This document shows, one piece after another, positions 9,166 to 19,546 of a stretch of DNA of 64,000 nt. The translations under genes and the position numbers were made by a program. The stretch comes from a virus (lineage: Duplodnaviria > Caudoviricetes): positions 64,001 through 128,000 of IMG/VR virus record IMGVR_UViG_3300011008_000010; one strand, given 5' to 3'. Every line of letters begins with the position of its first letter. Position 1 is the stretch's first letter. The notes beneath the pieces were generated by a model that was not told the DNA's origin, did not search any database, and was given only the letters and a program-made list of their open reading frames with translations.

Positions 9166-12100
9166 GCAAAAGCGGATTTAGAAGAGTTAGGTGAAGACAC
9201 GGATGGATTAGCTAGCTCTGTATCGTCTTTAAGAGCAGAGGTTCTGGCACTTTCTGGTGTTGACATCATGATTGATGACAACACATTTAAAGATACTTAC
9301 AACATTCTAAAAGAACTTGCCTACGTATGGCATGATTTGACGGATGTTTCCCAAGCAGCTCTCTTAGAAAAGCTTGGTGGCAAACGTGGTGCTAACGTAA
9401 TCGCATCTATCCTTAGTAATGTAAACGATCTTGAGGCGGCTTATGCAGCCGCTGCTAATGCTGCCGGTTCTGCATCGGCAGAAAATTTAAAGTATCTAGA
9501 AAGTATCGAAGGTAAATTATCTCAACTCTCTGCTTCCTGGCAGGAGTTTTGGGATTCTTCATTTTTAAACAGCGTATTTAAAACCGGAATAAATTTATTA
9601 AATGGATTTGTTCAGATCTTAAATGATGCTGGCGGCATAGATTTTGCCATCACGCTCGCTGGCGTTGTTGGTTTGACACAGGCTATTAAACGGCTTGGTG
9701 GTTTTACCGGCAAGATAACAGAATTATATAACTCCTTTAAAGATTTCAGGGCGCTCATGAAAGATAATAATCTGAATTGGGCCGGTCTTTTTAAAGGGAG
9801 TTTCGTCAACGAGAAAGATATTAAAAAGAATGTAGAAAAAGTTGTTGGCAGTGCTTTCTCAACATACAATCAGGTATTTAATGCCGGTGGTGGTACTCAG
9901 GAAGCTGCTGCAAAAGCAAGTAGTGCGGCTTTAGCAGATCTCGTAAAAAATCAGGATCTATTGGCAAAATCATCCAGCGATTTAACTAAGTCTATGATTG
10001 AACGGGCTGCTCAAGAAGGTACGAACATAACGCTTGAACAGCAAGAAGCGAAGACAGTAGAAGTTCTGAACAATGAACTTGAGACTGGCGGAAAGAACAG
10101 TGCTCAATTTGCTAAAGGTCAAGCGGCAATGAAGAGTGCTATTGCTGCTATTGCTGTTATTGGCGTTTCTCTTGCCATTAATGCTATCAGCGCCTACATT
10201 CGAAAACAGGACGAATTAAGAGAGAAAATTATTGAGAACGGTAAAACGCAAGTAAAGCAAGCACGTAGTTTGCGTGATGCCGTTAATAGTTTTGATAAGA
10301 TCAATGCCGACTATAAGACCGGTGCGGCGACATCAGACGAATTAAGAAATGCTATTGAAGGCGTAAACGAAGCTCTCGGAGATCAAAAAGAATTATTAGC
10401 CGGTGTTTCGTCTGGCAGTGATACTTGGAGAAAGCGTCTCGATGAATTAATCGAGAAACAGAATGAGGTTGCTAAGAACGCGGCTCGTTCTGCGTTGTAC
10501 AATGCATCTAAGAAAAGTGCGACAGATACGGTCAAAGGTATTGGCTGGAGCATTGCCAAATACTGGACTTCTTCTTGGGGAGGTATGTTGCCGATTGGCA
10601 ACCTCCTTAAAGACGTAAATCCGATCTCTAAATTTTTTGGAAATAAGAAGGATCTTACCAATCGATCTTCTCAAATTAAGGCATTAAAGGAATGGCAGGA
10701 TGAGTTAAAAGAACTCGAAGAAGAATATAAAGAACTTGAAAAAGCCCAAGAAGAGGCTATGTCGGAAAATAATGGTGCTGCACTAAAGACCAATCCGATA
10801 AAGGTTCTTCTTGGTTGGCAAACGGATTATGCGAAAGAACTTGATAAGAATCAGAAGAAACAAGACGAGTTAATCAAGAATATTGCTCAATATAATGATT
10901 CTGTTCAAGAGACGGCTCAGGCAGCAGCATATCTTGTTTGGGAAGACAGTATTAAAGATATAGATAATGCGGCTGACAAATACAAAAAATTAGATAAAGC
11001 CGTAGAGGATGTAATTAGGACATTTGGACTTGCCGATGACGAAGAAGGCATCAAAGCCGCCAAAGAAATGATTCTGAGTTTCATGGAAATGGATTCGGAA
11101 TCTGCTGGGTTTATGGCTCTTAAAAAGGGAGCCGAGGATGCATCTAAAGCAATTGGTGCTGCAAGCGTTTCCGTAGAAGGACTGTTAGAAGCGTTTGATA
11201 AAGGAGATCTGACCGAACAAGACATTTTTGATCTTAGCGATGAAAGATTTAAGAATTATGTAGAGCAGAACCAACTTTATATTAAGAGTGTAGAGCAAGC
11301 TATCGAAACGCTTCATGCTTGGAAAGATGAAGTCAGAGCCGAGGCGAAAGAAACCAATACGCTTGTTGGTGTTATTAGGGACTCTAAAGATGCCATAGAT
11401 GATTTCCAGTCTGCTATATCGAAACTTGGTGCTATAATGAAAGCCGATTATTCGAATAACGCTTCTGGTATGATCGATGATCTGCAAGATCTAATCGACG
11501 TTATCAGTGGGATGGATACCAAAGTATCCGAGCAATTATTCGATAAGTTAAATAGTGCGTATAGCGTAGAAGCTCTTTCGTCTGCAATGAAGAAGGCCTC
11601 CGAAGAGGCAATGAAATTTAAATTAGATGGCTTAATTGATTCGTTAAATCTTGCAAATCCTGCATTGGAAAAGATGCTTCGTCTTCTTGTTGAACAGGAA
11701 AAACAAGTAGAAGCAATTACATCTGATTTAGATTCGTTTAAATCTGCTTATCAGAACCTTATTGGGGTGGTAAAAGAATACAATGAAAACGGATTTTTAA
11801 CGGCGGATAATATTAACACCATTCTGTCGATGAGTCCGGAGTATTTGGCTGCTCTTGATTATGAAGGTAATAAGCTAAAGTTAAATGAAGAAGCGTTAAA
11901 GAAAATTGTCCTTGTTCGATTGGAAGAAGCAAAGAGGCAAATTGAGTCTAATAGACATACTCAATTGTCTGCAATATATGCAGAACAAGAAGCGAGGGCA
12001 AAGCAAAAGTCTGCCGAATTAACATATGAACATGCGACAGCATTGTTACAAGAAGCAATTGCAGCAGGAAAATCTGAAACAGAAATACTGAAACTTGAGA

Positions 12101-15100
12101 AGCAAGTTTATAAACTGTATGAAGCACAACAAAAATTACAGGGTGTAGAGTTTTCGGGTACGCTAGATTCAGATTTGCAAGAGCAAGCAGATGCAGTAAA
12201 TGAAACTGCCGATGCTGCGATTGATAGTATTGATCATGTCATAGACGAGTTTGAAAACGGATCTATGGATGCGCTCAATACATTTCTCGGTGTTACAGAT
12301 GACATTGAAAAAGATGCCGAGGATGCCGCAGAAGAACTTAAATCTCAGATAGACTCCGTTCTTTCTAAGTGGAAATCTGCGCTGGATTCCGGTGCGATTA
12401 ACTATAAGCAATATCTGGACAAAATGAAGTCCATGCGCAATCAGTATGCAGATCAGTTAAATACCGAAGATTTGCTGCAAATGGATGTAGATATTGCCCA
12501 GGAAGAACAGAATATGTGGAAGGAGGCTATGGACGCTGCCGGTAGATATATTGACCGGGAGATGAAGAAGCCTATTGAAGATCGTATCACCGCATTAAAT
12601 TCTGAGAAAGATGCATTAGAAAGAAATAAGGATGCCATCAGTGATTACTATGATGGTATCATTGATGGTTTTGAGAAACAAAAGGAAGCTGTTGAAAATC
12701 AGATTGACGCTGTTGAGAAAGCGTATGAAGCTCAGATTAAGCCTCTTGAGAATCAGCAGAAGGCAATCAATAAGCAAATTAAGGCTATTGAAAAGCAGAA
12801 GCAAGTTATTGAGGATGAGATAAAGGTTCTTGAAAGATCTAAACGGCCTTATGAAAAACAACAAAAGGCTATTGATAAAGAAATTAAAGCGATTGAGCGT
12901 GAAATTTCTGTTATTGAAAAATCCAAGAAACCTTATGAGCAGAAACAAAAGGCATTAGAAAAGGAAATCAAGGCAATTGAAAAGCAGATTGATATCCTTG
13001 AACGCTCCAAGCGTCCTTATGAAGATCAACAGAAGGCGATAAACAAGGAAATCAAGGCGATTGAAAAAGAGATCAACGCTCTTGAAAAGACTAAAAAGCC
13101 TTATGAGAAGCAACAGAAGGCTATTGCAAAGCAAGTTAAGGCAATACAACGGCAGATCGATGCGCTTGAAGATACAAAACGTCCTTACGAAGATCAGCAA
13201 AAGGCAATTGACAAGCAAGTCAAGGCAATTAATAAACAGATTAAGGCTTTAGAGAAATCCAAAAAGCCTTATGAAGATCAGCAAAAGGCTATTGACAAGC
13301 AATCAAAGGCAATTCAGAAGCAGATAAATGCTTTGGAAAAGTCTAAAAAGCCCTACGAAGATCAACAGAAGGCGATAAGCAAAGAAATCAAGTCTATCGA
13401 AAAGCAGATTAAGGCGATACAGGATACTGAAAAGCCCTATAAAGAAGAACAAGAATCAATCGAGAAGTCTATTCGTGCGATTGAGCAGAAAATTAAAGCG
13501 TTTGAAAAACTGCAACAGCCATATAAAGAACAGCTTGATCTTGTTAATAAGGAAGTTGCCGCTCTTGAGAGAGAAATTGAACTTATGGAGCGGTCAAAAC
13601 GATCTTATGAACAACGACGTGATGCAGTTCAAAATGAAATTGATGCTCTGGAATATCAGATGTCTGTTATTGGCAGACAGGAAACTGCGTATAAGCGCGA
13701 ACAAGACGCTCTGAATAAAGACATTGAACTTCTTGAGCGCCAGGTTTCTATCCTTGAATATAGGAAGAAGCCTTATGAAATTGCACAAAGACAAATTGAA
13801 AGACAGATTGGTCTTTTGCAGCAAGAGCAGAAAGAACTTGAGAAATTAAAAGAGCCTTACGAAGAAGAGATTAAAGCCTTAGAGAAAGAGCTTGAGGCTA
13901 TGCAGGAAGCCAATGAAGAACGGCAAGCTGCACTTGATCTTCAACAGGCAGAATATAATCTCAGGAGAGCACAGCAGCAAAGAACCAATTATGTTTATCA
14001 GGATGGACAGTTCCAGTATATTGCAGATCAGACAGCTATTAAAGATGCTCAAAAGACGATAGATGATCTCAAATACGAGGAATCTGTAAAACGCGTTGAA
14101 AAGGCAATTGATAGGTTACAGGATAAGATTGACGAGATTACCGCTCAGAGCGATGCTATCCAAAAAGATATCGATGAACTGACAGATAAAAACGATCAAC
14201 TTGCCGAAAGCATTCAGCGCATACAGGATGAAATAGATCCTATTCAGGACGATATAGATGAGCTGACGTTTAAAGCAGAAGAATTACAGTGGTCTATAAA
14301 TGACATTGAGTATTCGATGACAAGTATCCAGTATGCCATCGAAGACTTAGAGGCTGCAAACGAAGATTTGGAAGAATCAATCCGACAGATTGACGAAGCT
14401 ATTCAGCCTTTACAGTATAGGCTTGATTCATTAAAAGATACTGCTTCTGACTTGCAATGGGAAATCGACAAGATACAGCAATACATCGATCCGTTAAATA
14501 CAGAGATCGAAGGGTTGAATGATACGATTTCTGAACTTCAGCTTATTATTGATGAAATCGAAGAATCAATTGATCCGCTTAATGAAAAGATCGACGAGCT
14601 GAATGAGCACAATGATTTATTACAGGAATCTATCGATGCTATAACAGACGCGATTGAACCGTTAAACGAACAAATTGACGAGTTAGCGGAACAGTCAGAT
14701 TTAATACAGGAAAAGATTGACGAAATTAATGATGCGATTGATCCTCTTAATGATCAGATTGATGATCTGAATGAACAAGGGGATGAATTGCAAGAAATGA
14801 TCGATTCTATCGGCGAATCTATTGATGAGCTAAGTCGTCAAATAGATGATCTGAATAGGCAGAGCGATTTTATACAGGATATTATCGATGAAATCGATGA
14901 GGCTATTGAGCCTCTCGAAGAACATTTAGACGAACTGAATGAAAAGAGCGAAGAGCTTCAAGAGCAAATAGATGCAATTGATGAAGCAATCGAACCTTTG
15001 CAGAGAACAATCGACGAGTTAAACGATCAGATTAGTGATTTGCAGGATGTTATCGATGCTATCGATGAATCTATGGAGCCGCTTCAGGAAAGAATCGAAG

Positions 15101-17460
15101 CACTTAATGAAGAGAGCGAAGAACTTCAGCAGACTATCGATGAAATCGATGAGGCCATTGAAGAACTGAACTATCAGCTCGAACCGTTAAACGACGAGAT
15201 TGATCTTCTTAACAGGCAGAACGATGAACTTAGCGAATCAATAGAAGAACTCAGAGAACAACAGGAGTTGGAAGTTGAAGCGTTACAGGCTCAGAGCGAC
15301 GCTATAAGCGAACAGATTGATTATTATCAGCAGTTAAAAGAACAGGCAGAAGAATCGATCCAGGCTCAGATAGATAAAATCGATGAACATATCGATGCGT
15401 TGGATAAGGAAATCGAAGGTATCGAAGCATATAAAGATCAGCTCACGAGCATCTTTGATGAAATTGATGCAAGAAAAGACGAAGATCTTCTTACTACGTT
15501 ATTCGGTGAAGGATGGCAAGAGAAACTACAATCATTAGATCCTCAGATTATAGCTGATTTTGCTGCTGGATATGAAGATTCTACGGAAAGATTAAAGGAA
15601 GCGAATCAGGTAGTCATTGATTCGTTAGAAGGACCAGATGGTCTTGGACAGGCAGCGGAAGAAACCGAACAAGACGTGTCTGAATTAAAAGATACGATGG
15701 CCAATGCCGATGAAGCAATAGGCGAAGGATCGATTAAGGATGCTATGGATCAGACTGCTGTATCTGCTGAAGATATGGCAGAAAGTTTTGTTAAAGTTAG
15801 AGACAACATTGACGAAGTAATTGATGCTATTGGAAGGCTTTGGGAACAGCGTGGGACTTTTAATGAAATTGGAGGCATGATAGATGTCTACCTGATTCAA
15901 AAGTTCCATGAAACCAAAGAAGCTATTGATCCTACTTTAATTGATACAATTGGTTTGCTGTGGGATGCCGTTCGTGTCAACAGCGTGATGATTGGCGATG
16001 CCATCGAGAATAACATATTAGGTGCTCTAAAGGATATTGAGGAATTCTTGAATAAGAATATTCCCGAAGCATCTGATTATGCAAAACAAGAGGTGATCAA
16101 AGATATTGAAGAGATCGTCTCTTTTATGACTGATCGTGCGCAGCCTGGTTTATTAACTGCAATCGATACGATCAAAGAAGAGGCAATCAACGCTTCCGAT
16201 GAAATTGTTCGTGAAGTTGAAGACGATATAGATCAGATCGTTAGTTATGCGGAAGATCCTGGTAAAGCACAGCTTGTTGCTACGGCAGAGCAGACAAGGA
16301 TTGATATTTCTGAGATTTCAGATGATCTTGTGGATGATATCGAAGATGATGTTAGAGAAATCTGTGAGGTTATTGTTCCTAATGGTCTTAGAGAATGCGA
16401 AAAAGAGATACAAGATTCCGTTGATAATGTAATTATTCCTAAATTAAGGGATATAAAAGACGAGATCGACGAAATTGTTAGTGCTGCTTTAGAAGCAATG
16501 CAAACTGTTTCTGAAATGGGTATGACAATTGCCAATGCAATTAATGAGGTTGCACAAAATATTAGCAATGTTATTAGTGGTATTGAGGAATCAATTAATA
16601 ATACCTATGAAAATCTCACAAAAGAAGGCGGTCTAATACAAAAGCTACATGAGGCGGCAGAAGCTGCTGCTCAGATCCCTGGATATGGTGTTGCTCAACC
16701 AGATCAAACTCAGGATGATGGCGGTGGCGGTGATCAGAATAACAATTATGATAATAACAACGGTGGTGGTGACAATAATTATGATGTTCAGTCTGCCGAA
16801 GTTCAAACAGATCAGTTTGTTGTTCAGAATGCCAATATTGAAATGACAACATCTGAAGGTAAGCGAGATGGATATCAAACTTACCGGATGGGCGAAAAGA
16901 GCATTTCTTATCAAAGATATAAGACCGAGGCTGGAAAAGAAGAAATTGAAAAATGGAGAGCGCAAGGTTACGACATCAGAGTAACATCTGGAGTTGGTGG
17001 TCGAACACTCTTCACTGTTGATCGCTATGGCAAAGGTGGGTATGTTGCAACTGAAAAGTTAAAGACGCCACTTACCAATTTGGCCAATGCTGTTGGCGAA
17101 GATAAGATGGTCGCCGTACAAGAAGGCGAACGCATCCTTACTCCTACTCAAAATAGGGATTTTGAAGAATTTGTCAGATTAACACCTGAGTTAATTAGTG
17201 CAACTGAAAGTCTTGCAAAATATGCAAAATTATTCGAAGACATTTCCACTATGGATTCGATGGCGTCAGAAGCAGGCATGATGCGTGGTGTCAATGGTGT
17301 TGTGGACAGAGCAAATGCTGCTCCTGTTACGAATAATACTATGTCGCTTAATATCGGTGATATCCATGTGCATGAAGCTAAGAATGCTGACGACCTTGCA
17401 AGACAGATTAAGAACAATTTGCCTAACTCTTTGATTCAGGCGTTAGGTAGAGCAAGTTAA
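9166..17460 (+). CDS. tape measure protein, exon 4 (2764 aa)
   Basis: Continues the TMP core (KDTYNILKELA..LLEKLGGKRGANV), hydrophobic segments, coiled-coil repeats, C-terminal VQEGERILTP motif. Confidence 0.9.
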   Translation, partial: AKADLEELGEDTDGLASSVSSLRAEVLALSGVDIMIDDNTFKDTYNILKELAYVWHDLTDVSQAALLEKLGGKRGANVIASILSNVNDLEAAYAAAANAAGSASAENLKYLESIEGKLSQLSASWQEFWDSSFLNSVFKTGINLLNGFVQILNDAGGIDFAITLAGVVGLTQAIKRLGGFTGKITELYNSFKDFRALMKDNNLNWAGLFKGSFVNEKDIKKNVEKVVGSAFSTYNQVFNAGGGTQEAAAKASSAALADLVKNQDLLAKSSSDLTKSMIERAAQEGTNITLEQQEAKTVEVLNNELETGGKNSAQFAKGQAAMKSAIAAIAVIGVSLAINAISAYIRKQDELREKIIENGKTQVKQARSLRDAVNSFDKINADYKTGAATSDELRNAIEGVNEALGDQKELLAGVSSGSDTWRKRLDELIEKQNEVAKNAARSALYNASKKSATDTVKGIGWSIAKYWTSSWGGMLPIGNLLKDVNPISKFFGNKKDLTNRSSQIKALKEWQDELKELEEEYKELEKAQEEAMSENNGAALKTNPIKVLLGWQTDYAKELDKNQKKQDELIKNIAQYNDSVQETAQAAAYLVWEDSIKDIDNAADKYKKLDKAVEDVIRTFGLADDEEGIKAAKEMILSFMEMDSESAGFMALKKGAEDASKAIGAASVSVEGLLEAFDKGDLTEQDIFDLSDERFKNYVEQNQLYIKSVEQAIETLHAWKDEVRAEAKETNTLVGVIRDSKDAIDDFQSAISKLGAIMKADYSNNASGMIDDLQDLIDVISGMDTKVSEQLFDKLNSAYSVEALSSAMKKASEEAMKFKLDGLIDSLNLANPALEKMLRLLVEQEKQVEAITSDLDSFKSAYQNLIGVVKEYNENGFLTADNINTILSMSPEYLAALDYEGNKLKLNEEALKKIVLVRLEEAKRQIESNRHTQLSAIYAEQEARAKQKSAELTYEHATALLQEAIAAGKSETEILKLEKQVYKLYEAQQKLQGVEFSGTLDSDLQEQADAVNETADAAIDSIDHVIDEFENGSMDALNTFLGVTDDIEKDAEDAAEELKSQIDSVLSKWKSALDSGAINYKQYLDKMKSMRNQYADQLNTEDLLQMDVDIAQEEQNMWKEAMDAAGRYIDREMKKPIEDRITALNSEKDALERNKDAISDYYDGIIDGFEKQKEAVENQIDAVEKAYEAQIKPLENQQKAINKQIKAIEKQKQVIEDEIKVLERSKRPYEKQQKAIDKEIKAIEREISVIEKSKKPYEQKQKALEKEIKAIEKQIDILERSKRPYEDQQKAINKEIKAIEKEINALEKTKKPYEKQQKAIAKQVKAIQRQIDALEDTKRPYEDQQKAIDKQVKAINKQIKALEKSKKPYEDQQKAIDKQSKAIQKQINALEKSKKPYEDQQKAISKEIKSIEKQIKAIQDTEKPYKEEQESIEKSIRAIEQKIKAFEKLQQPYKEQLDLVNKEVAALEREIELMERSKRSYEQRRDAVQNEIDALEYQMSVIGRQETAYKREQDALNKDIELLERQVSILEYRKKPYEIAQRQIERQIGLLQQEQKELEKLKEPYEEEIKALEKELEAMQEANEERQAALDLQQAEYNLRRAQQQRTNYVYQDGQFQYIADQTAIKDAQKTIDDLKYEESVKRVEKAIDRLQDKIDEITAQSDAIQKDIDELTDKNDQLAESIQRIQDEIDPIQDDIDELTFKAEELQWSINDIEYSMTSIQYAIEDLEAANEDLEESIRQIDEAIQPLQYRLDSLKDTASDLQWEIDKIQQYIDPLNTEIEGLNDTISELQLIIDEIEESIDPLNEKIDELNEHNDLLQESIDAITDAIEPLNEQIDELAEQSDLIQEKIDEINDAIDPLNDQIDDLNEQGDELQEMIDSIGESIDELSRQIDDLNRQSDFIQDIIDEIDEAIEPLEEHLDELNEKSEELQEQIDAIDEAIEPLQRTIDELNDQISDLQDVIDAIDESMEPLQERIEALNEESEELQQTIDEIDEAIEELNYQLEPLNDEIDLLNRQNDELSESIEELREQQELEVEALQAQSDAISEQIDYYQQLKEQAEESIQAQIDKIDEHIDALDKEIEGIEAYKDQLTSIFDEIDARKDEDLLTTLFGEGWQEKLQSLDPQIIADFAAGYEDSTERLKEANQVVIDSLEGPDGLGQAAEETEQDVSELKDTMANADEAIGEGSIKDAMDQTAVSAEDMAESFVKVRDNIDEVIDAIGRLWEQRGTFNEIGGMIDVYLIQKFHETKEAIDPTLIDTIGLLWDAVRVNSVMIGDAIENNILGALKDIEEFLNKNIPEASDYAKQEVIKDIEEIVSFMTDRAQPGLLTAIDTIKEEAINASDEIVREVEDDIDQIVSYAEDPGKAQLVATAEQTRIDISEISDDLVDDIEDDVREICEVIVPNGLRECEKEIQDSVDNVIIPKLRDIKDEIDEIVSAALEAMQTVSEMGMTIANAINEVAQNISNVISGIEESINNTYENLTKEGGLIQKLHEAAEAAAQIPGYGVAQPDQTQDDGGGGDQNNNYDNNNGGGDNNYDVQSAEVQTDQFVVQNANIEMTTSEGKRDGYQTYRMGEKSISYQRYKTEAGKEEIEKWRAQGYDIRVTSGVGGRTLFTVDRYGKGGYVATEKLKTPLTNLANAVGEDKMVAVQEGERILTPTQNRDFEEFVRLTPELISATESLAKYAKLFEDISTMDSMASEAGMMRGVNGVVDRANAAPVTNNTMSLNIGDIHVHEAKNADDLARQIKNNLPNSLIQALGRAS
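12739..13900 (+). repeat. basic 28-aa (84-nt) coiled-coil repeats, about 14 units
   Basis: K(K/R)PYExQQKAIxKxIKAIEKxIxxLEKS periodicity. Confidence 0.85.
14150..15240 (+). repeat. acidic 28-aa coiled-coil repeats, about 13 units
   Basis: (D/E)PLNxxIDELNxxxxxLQExIDxIDEAI periodicity. Confidence 0.85.
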
Positions 17461-17475
17461 AGGAAAGGGCAGGTA

Positions 17476-17751
17476 ATGAAGAAAGAACAGAAAGAGGCAA
17501 TAGATGTTATCGCTGATTCGATCATCGATACTTGCCGAAGGATTATTAATGGGGCAGCATATGATAAAACATATGCTGCCACCATTTTAAAAGCAAATGA
17601 TATGAAGAATGATTTTTATGAAGTTATTGTTGAAGGAGAGCCGCGTAACGTAAAAAACGCAACTCCTATGACATTTGACCCAAGTTGTCCCGTATGGTGT
17701 ACTGCGCCTATGGGAGACTTAACGAAGATGTTTATATCTGGAAGACGATAG
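17476..17751 (+). CDS. hypothetical tail-associated protein
   Basis: ORF directly after TMP; AAYDKTY-type N-terminus. Confidence 0.55.
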   Translation: MKKEQKEAIDVIADSIIDTCRRIINGAAYDKTYAATILKANDMKNDFYEVIVEGEPRNVKNATPMTFDPSCPVWCTAPMGDLTKMFISGRR

Positions 17752-17777
17752 GATTATTTGGATAAGAGGATAAAAAA

Positions 17778-18125
17778 ATGACCATTACATTATTTGTAAC
17801 ATTGTTTACGGTTGGAGCTACTATTGCAGGATTATTTACGGAAGCAATTAAAAAAGCATACCAAAACGCAGGGAAGCAATATTCAGCAAATATCATTGCT
17901 TTGATTGATTCTGTAGTCGTCGGTGGTCTTGGTACCGCAGCGGCTTATATGCTAATGGGAATTCCGTGGACTGTAAACAACGTGATATGTTTACTGCTTA
18001 TGATGGTTGTTGTTTGGTTGGCTTCGATGTTAGGTTACGATAAGATCGCACAGATGTTAGAACAAATCAAAAACGTGTCCAGCACCTCTGTTTCTGAATC
18101 TTCTCAAAACAACCCTTCTAAATAA
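17778..18125 (+). CDS. holin-like membrane protein
   Basis: Three hydrophobic segments, GLFTEAIKK motif, GAGG RBS. Confidence 0.55.
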   Translation: MTITLFVTLFTVGATIAGLFTEAIKKAYQNAGKQYSANIIALIDSVVVGGLGTAAAYMLMGIPWTVNNVICLLLMMVVVWLASMLGYDKIAQMLEQIKNVSSTSVSESSQNNPSK

Positions 18126-18175
18126 AGTACAACTCAAGCAAAGCACATAATAATACACACAACAGTCGGGCACTT

Positions 18176-18207
18176 TAGGAGAGTGGGAGTCACAGCCCAC
18201 TCTCCTA
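18176..18207 (+). terminator. 12-bp perfect hairpin (terminator or processing stem)
   Basis: TAGGAGAGTGGG-8nt-CCCACTCTCCTA; no U-tract. Confidence 0.45.
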
Positions 18208-18272
18208 CCACTCTATCCTATTACAACAAATGTAGATTTGTTTTACTAAAACATATGTAAAATTGATGAAAG

Positions 18273-19526
18273 GTGAAGACTATGGCAAAACCTGTAATTA
18301 ACAATATAAACGCTATGGAGAGTTCGCGTGGCGCGGTTATTACGTTCTCTTTGATGGGCGAACAATCTTATGGTAATAAAATTTGGGTTTACGATACTCT
18401 TGACCTGTCATTAGTTTATGAGTATCCGAAGCAATTTAAATATTCAAAAGATTCTGTCGAACTTAGCTGTGCAATACCGGCAAATGTTCTAAACAACGGT
18501 TCGAAATATTATTGCCAGATACAATGTCTAAACAAAGACGGTAATCCTGGAAGCATATCTGAAAAAAGCGTGTTCTATTGTTTGGCGTCTCCGGAACTCC
18601 GTTTTGCAGATGTTGTCGATGGACAAAAAGTAGAAACATCTTATTTGAATGTTAGACTAACATATTATCAGGCGAACGGGGAAAAATTACAAAGTTATAG
18701 ATTCGGAATTTATGATAAGAATAAGTTATTGATGAATGAAAGCGAATTGTTCTTTTATGCTTCAAATGATTCTATGACTTATCGTTTCAAGGGTTTGGCA
18801 ACAGGGCATACATATTATATTCGTGCTACCGGATATACGGCAAAGGGTTTGCAATGTGATACTGGTCTTATCGAAATTAAACCTGAATATACTTTGAAAA
18901 AAGATTTTTCACAACTTAATCTTGAGAACAAATATTATCAAGGTATTATCCTTGTAAGGACGAGTATCGTGCTTATTGGATATGAATTAAATAACAAAGA
19001 TTATTTGTTCGTCCGCAACGAAGCCGTCGATCTTACAGGCCGTAATTTAGATTATCTCGATGTACTTGAATATAAAAGTGGTTTTGTAATTGACGGGGAT
19101 TGGACCATGTGGCTCAAATTATATGGTTCGAATATAAACACCGAGCTCTTGAGATTTTCTAACGAATTAGGACAGATGATTAGAATCACTGTGCACAGAT
19201 ATGATAATATGATGCGTTATAAGTTAGAAGTGAGCGATGGTATCACTAAATATATTAGATATACGAATGCTATTGCTTATTCTAAGACAAAGTATCATAC
19301 GTTGTTTGTTCGTCGGGAGGAACATCTTTTTGATTTCAGAGTATTCGATGGAACTCAAACAGAACAGGGAGATTATACATTATATCAGACATCAAATGGA
19401 GAATTGTTTGTTTCATATACAGGTCCAATGCCTGCGTTTAGGTATGTATCTCCTAGTTTATACTATGCAGGCGATGATGAGTTGCGATATGACGCCAACA
19501 CCGGTAGTTTATACCGCAGAGTTTGA
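18273..19526 (+). CDS. tail/baseplate protein with FN3-like domains
   Basis: LNNGSKYYCQIQ and FKGLATGHTYYIRA FN3-like strands. Confidence 0.55.
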   Translation: MKTMAKPVINNINAMESSRGAVITFSLMGEQSYGNKIWVYDTLDLSLVYEYPKQFKYSKDSVELSCAIPANVLNNGSKYYCQIQCLNKDGNPGSISEKSVFYCLASPELRFADVVDGQKVETSYLNVRLTYYQANGEKLQSYRFGIYDKNKLLMNESELFFYASNDSMTYRFKGLATGHTYYIRATGYTAKGLQCDTGLIEIKPEYTLKKDFSQLNLENKYYQGIILVRTSIVLIGYELNNKDYLFVRNEAVDLTGRNLDYLDVLEYKSGFVIDGDWTMWLKLYGSNINTELLRFSNELGQMIRITVHRYDNMMRYKLEVSDGITKYIRYTNAIAYSKTKYHTLFVRREEHLFDFRVFDGTQTEQGDYTLYQTSNGELFVSYTGPMPAFRYVSPSLYYAGDDELRYDANTGSLYRRV

Positions 19527-19546
19527 TTTTAGGAGGGGCATGTGCA

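Noticed and set aside
12739-15240. 84-nt periodicity as a CRISPR array
   Set aside because: Degenerate in-frame coding repeats without constant repeats or unique spacers; no cas genes
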